From NCBI GenBank assembly GCA_039802265.1, contig JBDRWI010000041.1, forward strand, positions 1-21,871: a stretch of DNA of 21,871 nucleotides, in the 5' to 3' direction. Source of the DNA: a candidate division WOR-3 bacterium (lineage in GTDB: Bacteria; Hydrothermota; Tepidihabitantia; SM23-42; JAOAFX01). The position numbers and the translations under genes were made by a program. Positions 16,198 to 21,871 of this stretch are shown piece by piece. Each line of letters begins with the position of its first letter. Within the stretch, counting starts at the first letter, position 1. Below the pieces are notes generated by a model, which was not told the DNA's origin, ran no database searches, and saw nothing but the letters and a program-made list of their open reading frames with translations.

Positions 16198-17795
16198 ATT
16201 GCAAAAAGGATTTGTCCTACAAATATTAAAAATGAGAATAAAATGCCGAGGCTGGATAGAATTTTAAGAATCGGATGGGCTGAAACATTGAAGGTAAATA
16301 TTGAAAGGAGCATAATCCCAAATCCACTTAACAACCAGTAAATCCGTTTGTCCTTATTTTCTTCAACCCTCTTAATCTGGTTAATTGACTGGCTGATTTC
16401 AAATAGCCGATTGATATTTTCAGGTAAATCAAGGAGTACTGAGAACATATCCTTTATCCACCATTTGCCCCTTCTCAGTCTTTCCCTTATTGAAAACACC
16501 CCAAGATTGTGTCTCACCATAAATCCCTTTAACCATTTTATGGTGTCAAAATCGGGATTAAGTTCTTTACCGATGGATTCAATCTGAGAGAGTGCCTTAC
16601 TGAAATATAAAAGTTCCTGGGGAATTCTGATATGATAATTTCTAATTACCCTGTTTATATCACTGGCAAATTCTGTTACTGAAATCTGATGGAGATTCTT
16701 ACCCTCAAACTTGTTCAGGATATAAAGAATATCTTCCCTTAAAGAATCAAAGTCTATTCCATCTTCAACTATCCCAGTTCTTAATAGAGCCCGGGCAATC
16801 CTTTCTGGTTCGCGCTCGGTAACTCCGATAAGGATATTCAGTATCTCATCCTTCATCTTCGGTGTGAGCCTGCCCACCATTCCAAAGTCAACTGGAACAA
16901 TGACATTATTTTCTTTAACGAATATATTGCCGGGATGCGGGTCAGCATGAAAAATACCCCCGATGAGAACCTGTTTGAGGAATATATCAGCGCCATTCTG
17001 GGCGACGACCTTCGGGTCGATTCCGTTTTTCTTCATCGTCTTTATATCGCTGATTTTTATTCCTGCAATATGTTCCTGAATCAGAACCTTATTTGTAGAA
17101 ATCTCTCTATAGACTTGCGGGATGTAAACGCGTGGGTCATTCTGGAAAAAAACACGAAATCTTTCGACATTATTTATCTCATTCAAAAAATCCAGTTCTT
17201 CTCTAATTGTGCGGGCAAATGTATCAACAATTTTATCAAGCCTCCTTCCATAGAAGGCTGGGATGTTACTCTCCACAATCCTTGCGAGCATCTTCAGAAT
17301 AGAAATATCAGTCTCAATTACTCTTTCAATTCCGGGTCTTCTTACCTTAACAATCACTTGATTACCCTTGTATCTTGCCTTATAGACCTGGGCAATTGAT
17401 GCCGAACCAATAGGTTCTTCATTGAATTCATCAAAGATGGAATCAATCGGTCCAACTTCTTTTTCAATAATTCTTTTTATCTCACCAAAAGCCCCGGGTT
17501 TTACCTCATCCTGGAGTTTTGATAATTCCCTTGTAAATTCCTCGGGTAAGATGTCGCTCCTTGTGGATGCAAACTGACCGATTTTGATGAATGTGGGTCC
17601 CAGTTCTTCCAGGACCAATCTCAGGCGTTCGGGAAGGGAACGGATAAAAACTTTCTTTTTACCCAGACCAAGATGGGCAAGGAGGAATGCGGGATGAAAG
17701 GTCTTTACATACTCACCAAGGCCGTACCTCAATAGGATTCGGCTTATTTCCAGATAGCGAACAAACTTTTGGAACGGATTTATGGAGAAAGGCAT
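16185..17795 (-). CDS. AarF/ABC1/UbiB family atypical kinase with two C-terminal TM helices
   Basis: LGPTFIKIGQ, LQD, GSASIAQVY, VKVRRP, FHADPHPGN, DFGMVG motifs. Confidence 0.93.
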   Translation of the reverse strand: MPFSINPFQKFVRYLEISRILLRYGLGEYVKTFHPAFLLAHLGLGKKKVFIRSLPERLRLVLEELGPTFIKIGQFASTRSDILPEEFTRELSKLQDEVKPGAFGEIKRIIEKEVGPIDSIFDEFNEEPIGSASIAQVYKARYKGNQVIVKVRRPGIERVIETDISILKMLARIVESNIPAFYGRRLDKIVDTFARTIREELDFLNEINNVERFRVFFQNDPRVYIPQVYREISTNKVLIQEHIAGIKISDIKTMKKNGIDPKVVAQNGADIFLKQVLIGGIFHADPHPGNIFVKENNVIVPVDFGMVGRLTPKMKDEILNILIGVTEREPERIARALLRTGIVEDGIDFDSLREDILYILNKFEGKNLHQISVTEFASDINRVIRNYHIRIPQELLYFSKALSQIESIGKELNPDFDTIKWLKGFMVRHNLGVFSIRERLRRGKWWIKDMFSVLLDLPENINRLFEISQSINQIKRVEENKDKRIYWLLSGFGIMLLSIFTFNVSAHPILKILSSLGILFSFLIFVGQILFAIWSR

Positions 17796-17811
17796 TATTT
17801 CAGCAATTCTC

Positions 17812-18096
17812 TTAGTGTGTCTTTGTCTCTTTTAGAAACCGGTCAATCTTTTCACTGATTTTATCAAGATGGCTTTTGGTGGCGAGATTCATCCTTTCCG
17901 CAAATCTTGTCCCAAATTCTTCAAACTTTTCGGCAAGGGTATCAAACCTCTGCCAGTTTTTCTTAAAGAACTCGTTATCCTCTTTGAAAGATTCTCCTTC
18001 TTTTATTAAATCCCTGTAAACCTTAATGAATTTTTTCTTACCTAATGATATAATACCCAATCCCGCCAGAAGTCCGTTTCTAATCTTTTCCTTCAT
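17812..18096 (-). CDS. Phasin-like small helical protein
   Basis: LLAGLG..., LIKEGE and NLATK..L pattern typical of the phasin-like proteins encoded upstream of ABC1 kinases; GGAGG RBS. Confidence 0.65.
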   Translation of the reverse strand: MKEKIRNGLLAGLGIISLGKKKFIKVYRDLIKEGESFKEDNEFFKKNWQRFDTLAEKFEEFGTRFAERMNLATKSHLDKISEKIDRFLKETKTH

Positions 18097-18113
18097 ACTT
18101 TACCTCCAGTATA

Positions 18114-18141
18114 ATTATAACCTAAACTCAATTTTGGTCAA
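18114..18141 (-). promoter_or_regulatory. Sigma70-type promoter for the phasin-like/ABC1 kinase operon
   Basis: Minus strand TTGACC (18141-18136), 16-nt spacer, TATAAT (18119-18114), then GGAGG (18107-18103) and ATG 18096. Confidence 0.65.
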
Positions 18142-18153
18142 TAACCAATTTTT

Positions 18154-19125
18154 TCATCCAGACAAGGTCTTAATCATCTTATAAAAAATTTTCTCCACTG
18201 GCTTCTTCTTTGTGTAGGTCTCTTGGAATGGTGTATAGACAATTTTTTTGTCAATCTCACCCACCATACAGTTGAAGACTCCCATCTTTATCGCACGGAC
18301 TGCCTCATACCCTAATCTTGACGCAAGGATTCGGTCGTTTGCTGAGGGTGTTCCACCCCGCTGGATATAACCCAGGACCGCCACCCGAAAATCCTCACCA
18401 GTCTTTTTTCTTACTTTATGGGCAATCTTTAAGGCATTGCCAGCCTCATCACCTTCTGCAACAATTATGATATTAGATTTTTTCCCTTTTCTGATATTCT
18501 CCTTGATCGTTCGGGCAATTTCGTTAATGTCTGTCGGTGTTTCGGGGATTATAACCTCCTCCGCACCTCCAGCAAGTCCAACCGCCAGGGCGATAAAACC
18601 CGCACATCTGCCCATTACCTCAATGAAAAAGACCCGCTCCAGTGAGGTGGCGGTATCTCTTATCCGGTCCACCGCATCCAGAGCGGCATTGACTGCGGTA
18701 TCAAATCCAATAGTGAAATCTGTTCCATAAAGGTCATTGTCAATGGTTCCCGGCAGTCCGACCATCTTTATCCCAAATTTCCTGCTGAACTCGTCCGCAC
18801 CCCTCATTGTTCCCTCACCGCCGATTGCTACAATTACATCAATCCCGCCTCGTTCAACCATCATCCTTGCCTTCTCCATACCCGAGTCTTTCTCAAATTC
18901 ATCACACCGGGCAGTGCCCAGGATTGTTCCGCCGCGTTGAATAATATTTGCTACAGAACTATGGCTTAAAGGCAAAAAATCACCGTCAATCAATCCCTGA
19001 TATCCCTGTTTAATTCCAATTACTTCGTATTTATAAGACAATGCCGTGCGCACCACGGCCCTGATTGCCGCATTCATACCCGGTGCGTCACCGCCACTCG
19101 TCAAAATTCCAATGCGATACTTCAT
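18154..19125 (-). CDS. pfkA: ATP-dependent 6-phosphofructokinase
   Basis: TSGGDAPGMNAAIR, GGTILGTAR, PGTIDND, EVMGR, LGYIQRGG motifs. Start moved to ATG 19125 (MKYRIGIL); the track start at 19155 overlaps the promoter. Confidence 0.96.
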   Translation of the reverse strand: MKYRIGILTSGGDAPGMNAAIRAVVRTALSYKYEVIGIKQGYQGLIDGDFLPLSHSSVANIIQRGGTILGTARCDEFEKDSGMEKARMMVERGGIDVIVAIGGEGTMRGADEFSRKFGIKMVGLPGTIDNDLYGTDFTIGFDTAVNAALDAVDRIRDTATSLERVFFIEVMGRCAGFIALAVGLAGGAEEVIIPETPTDINEIARTIKENIRKGKKSNIIIVAEGDEAGNALKIAHKVRKKTGEDFRVAVLGYIQRGGTPSANDRILASRLGYEAVRAIKMGVFNCMVGEIDKKIVYTPFQETYTKKKPVEKIFYKMIKTLSG

Positions 19126-19131
19126 TTTAAT

Positions 19132-19160
19132 ATTATAACTAAATGAGACCCCCAAGTCAA
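19132..19160 (-). promoter_or_regulatory. Sigma70-type promoter for pfkA (predicted leaderless)
   Basis: Minus strand TTGACT (19160-19155), 17-nt spacer, TATAAT (19137-19132), 6 nt, then ATG 19125. No Shine-Dalgarno sequence. Confidence 0.7.
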
Positions 19161-19189
19161 TAACAATAAAAAGAATTAGTACAAGCCTA

Positions 19190-19217
19190 TTGATAATTGA
19201 CGCTATTTGGTTATAAT
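19190..19217 (+). promoter_or_regulatory. Sigma70-type promoter for the purF-like/ltaE pair
   Basis: TTGATA (19190-19195), 16-nt spacer, TATAAT (19212-19217); AAGGAG RBS before ATG 19248. Confidence 0.6.
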
Positions 19218-19247
19218 AAAATGCAAACCTGAAAGGAGCATCATTAT

Positions 19248-20651
19248 ATGAGCGGAATTGTCGGTCTTGTCTCTAATAGGGATATCAAAGAAGACCTCTT
19301 TTATGCAACCGATTATCATTCCCACCTCGGGACCGAGTATGGTGGCATTGCCATCTATGATGGTAAAAGAATTACCAAAAAGATTCATAGTATTACCAAG
19401 GCACAATTTAAATCAAGGTTTTACGAGGATATAGACTTTTTGAATATGAAGGGCGATGCGGGCATTGGTGTGATAAGCGACCGCGACACCCAGCCCCTGA
19501 TAATCCGATTGAAATTCGGGGAATATGCAATCTGTGGTACTGGCTATATTGATAACCAGAATGAACTTGCCTGCAGATTGATTGATGAGGGCACCACCTT
19601 CAGTGAGATGTATGATGGAAAGGTTAATCAATGTGAACTTGTTGCGGAATTGATCAACCGGGGCAATGATTTGATCGATGGTATTGAATATATGTTCAGC
19701 CAGATTGAAGGTTCTTTCTCTTTTTTGCTTTTGGGCAAAGAGGGCGTCTATGCGGTTCGCGATAAATTTGGCAGGACACCACTTGTTTTGGCAGAAAAGA
19801 AAGATGCCAAGATTGTAGTATCAGAGACATGTGCCTATAAGAATTTAGGATTCAAAACCAAAAAATTTTTGGGTCCGGGTGAAATTATCCTTTTAAAGGA
19901 AACAGGTATCAAGGAGCTTGTCAAACCCCATAATGACCTGAGACTCTGTACATTCTTATTTGTCTATACCGGCTTTCCCGCCTCGGAATATGAAGGTAAG
20001 AATGTTGAGGAATTCCGAGAAGAATCAGGTAGAATTATTGCCCGTCGGGACAATGTAAAGGTTGATATGGTTGCGGGAATTGCCGACTCAGGAACTGCCT
20101 ATGCCCATGGTTATGCCTATGAATCCAAAGTTCCGGTGCGGATTCCATTATTAAAATACACCCCGGGCTGGGCAAGGAGTTATGTACCACCATCGCAGGA
20201 ATTGAGAAATCTAATTGCCTTGATGAAGCAGATAACAGCGGAGTCAATAATAAAAGGAAAGAGAATCGCCATAACCGAGGATTCAATTGTGCGGGGAACC
20301 CAGTTGAAGAATTATCTTTTGGTAAAACTCTGGAATGCCGGGGCAAAGGAACTTCATGTGCGACCGGCCTGCCCGGCCCTGATGTTTCCTTGTAAATTCC
20401 TGTTTTCAACCAGAACATTAGATGAATTATTTGCCCGCAGGATTTTAAAACAGATGCTGGGTGGACAACCGCAAAACATCAAGCCCTATCTTGACCCGGA
20501 TTCAAGGGAATACAAGAAGATGCTCCGGGCAATGGAAAAGGATTTGAATATCACCACGCTCCGCTACCAGCATCTGAATGATATGATTTCGGCAACCGGA
20601 CTATCGCGGGAAAACTTATGTACCTATTGCTGGACCGGTGAGGAAAAATAA
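19248..20651 (+). CDS. purF: Amidophosphoribosyltransferase (PurF)-like protein with degenerate glutaminase domain
   Basis: Ntn domain (RDKFGRTPL, SETCA), PRTase motif EDSIVRGT, Cys residues LCTF/PC/CTYC matching the Fe-S type. Begins MSGIVG rather than MCGIVG. Confidence 0.85.
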   Translation: MSGIVGLVSNRDIKEDLFYATDYHSHLGTEYGGIAIYDGKRITKKIHSITKAQFKSRFYEDIDFLNMKGDAGIGVISDRDTQPLIIRLKFGEYAICGTGYIDNQNELACRLIDEGTTFSEMYDGKVNQCELVAELINRGNDLIDGIEYMFSQIEGSFSFLLLGKEGVYAVRDKFGRTPLVLAEKKDAKIVVSETCAYKNLGFKTKKFLGPGEIILLKETGIKELVKPHNDLRLCTFLFVYTGFPASEYEGKNVEEFREESGRIIARRDNVKVDMVAGIADSGTAYAHGYAYESKVPVRIPLLKYTPGWARSYVPPSQELRNLIALMKQITAESIIKGKRIAITEDSIVRGTQLKNYLLVKLWNAGAKELHVRPACPALMFPCKFLFSTRTLDELFARRILKQMLGGQPQNIKPYLDPDSREYKKMLRAMEKDLNITTLRYQHLNDMISATGLSRENLCTYCWTGEEK

Positions 20652-20667
20652 ACGCTTCATGTAGTAT

Positions 20668-21708
20668 ATGAAGATAATCGACTTAAGGAGCGATACGGTT
20701 ACCCTGCCAACGACCCGAATGCGCCGGGCAATAGCTAATGCTCAACTGGGGGACGATGTATTTGGAGAGGACCCAACTGTAAACAGACTTGAAGCGCTGG
20801 CGGCTGAGATTGTTGGAAAGGAAGCCGGCTTGCTTGTAGCCAGTGGAACACAGGGAAATCTCGTTTCTATTCTAACCCATTGTGCCCGGGGTGATGAAGT
20901 AATCTTAGGTAACCTCTCCCATACATTCTTGAATGAGGTTGGCGCGATATCGGCCCTGGGTGGAATCCATCCCCATACTGTGGTCAATCAAGCTGATGGG
21001 ACAATGAGAATTGATGATATTAAGTCAGCAATAAGGACTGATAATATCCATTATCCCCGAACCCGTCTTATCTGTCTGGAAAATACCCATAACCGCTGTT
21101 ATGGTGCACCCCTAAGCGTTGAGTATACCGATGCGGTCTGTGAACTTGCCCGTAGTTATAACCTAAAGGTCCATCTTGATGGTGCAAGAATCTTCAATGC
21201 GGCTGTTGCCTTGAATGTTGATGTCAGGGAATTAACAAAAAATGTAGACTCCTTGAGTTTTTGCCTTTCCAAGGGACTCTCCGCACCGGTGGGTTCGGTG
21301 GTCTGTGGTAGTAAAGAGTTTATCAAAGAGGCAAGGCGTTATAGAAAGATGCTGGGTGGTGGTATGCGCCAGGCCGGCATAATTGCTGCCGCCGGGATTG
21401 TTGCAATATCCGATATGATTGGACAATTAAGAAAAGACCACGTTAATGCCCGGCTCCTGGCAGAAGGAATAAATAGAATTCCCGGACTTTCAATTGATTT
21501 AGAAAGGGTAAAAACCAACATTATCTATTTTGACCTTGTAAATCCTAAAATTACTCCTGAAGAGTTATTGCAAAAAATGGCGGAAAAAGGGATAAGATTT
21601 TTGAGCACCGGTCCGAGACAATTTCGCATGGTCACGCACTACGGAGTCAATAGGGCTGATGTGAAGAGGACCATTAGGGTGTTAAGGGCAGTGATGGAGG
21701 ATAGATAG
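20668..21708 (+). CDS. ltaE: Low-specificity L-threonine aldolase (PLP-dependent)
   Basis: IDLRSDTVT, GDDVFGEDPTV, LENTHN, HLDGARIFNA, CLSKGL (PLP lysine), GGGMRQAG motifs. Confidence 0.96.
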   Translation: MKIIDLRSDTVTLPTTRMRRAIANAQLGDDVFGEDPTVNRLEALAAEIVGKEAGLLVASGTQGNLVSILTHCARGDEVILGNLSHTFLNEVGAISALGGIHPHTVVNQADGTMRIDDIKSAIRTDNIHYPRTRLICLENTHNRCYGAPLSVEYTDAVCELARSYNLKVHLDGARIFNAAVALNVDVRELTKNVDSLSFCLSKGLSAPVGSVVCGSKEFIKEARRYRKMLGGGMRQAGIIAAAGIVAISDMIGQLRKDHVNARLLAEGINRIPGLSIDLERVKTNIIYFDLVNPKITPEELLQKMAEKGIRFLSTGPRQFRMVTHYGVNRADVKRTIRVLRAVMEDR

Positions 21709-21741
21709 AAAAGGATAGTAGGCACACCGCAAACAAAAAGG

Positions 21742-21847
21742 TGAACAAGATACATCAGGGGAGAACCCCTGAAACCCCCAGAGACGCTCTATCTTAAAGT
21801 TGTGCACTTTCCAGCGACTATCAGAAACCCCAGATGTATCTTGTCCA
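21742..21847 (-). repeat. Structured element bounded by 12-bp perfect inverted repeats (ncRNA or MITE/REP-like; identity unknown)
   Basis: ACAAGATACATC (21745-21756) pairs with GATGTATCTTGT (21833-21844). Internal stems TCAGGGG/CCCCTGA, AGACGCT/AGCGACT and AAAGT/ACTTT. Confidence 0.5.
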
Positions 21848-21871
21848 TATTCTTTTCTATAATGAAAATTT

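Noticed and set aside
21745..21844. Retron msr-msd or CRISPR array
   Set aside because: Only 76 nt lie between the inverted repeats, with no long msd-like hairpin and no reverse transcriptase or cas gene in view. The direct repeats are too short and not regularly spaced.
21682..21870. Open minus-strand frame of ~62 codons entering from the right edge (NFHYRKEYGQD...LHHCP*)
   Set aside because: There is no start in the window and no recognisable protein features, and it overlaps the ltaE end. It cannot be fully excluded without flanking sequence.

Overview
Core bacterial chromosomal region read in genetic code 11, with no transposase, integrase or CRISPR array. Bases 1-11452 hold the conserved cluster tuf (5'-truncated)-rpmG-tRNA-Trp-secE-nusG-rplK-rplA-rplJ-rplL-rpoB-rpoC. 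Next come a geranylgeranyl-reductase-family flavoprotein, a stand-alone hypE, and a minus-strand operon (phasin-like protein, AarF/UbiB kinase, ApbE flavin transferase, AmmeMemoRadiSam radical SAM enzyme, DUF4321-like membrane protein). pfkA is then divergent from a PurF-like gene and ltaE. The most striking signals are: (1) near-total G/T third-codon-position bias confined to tuf, ending six codons before the stop; (2) an unexplained ~105-nt structured element with 12-bp terminal inverted repeats at the right edge; (3) a PurF homolog with Ser in place of the catalytic Cys and a degenerate glutaminase site; (4) apparently leaderless promoters for hypE and pfkA; (5) Glu at the RpoB position equivalent to the rifampicin contact D516. 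All family calls come from motif recognition, not database searches. I see no clear new multi-gene system.
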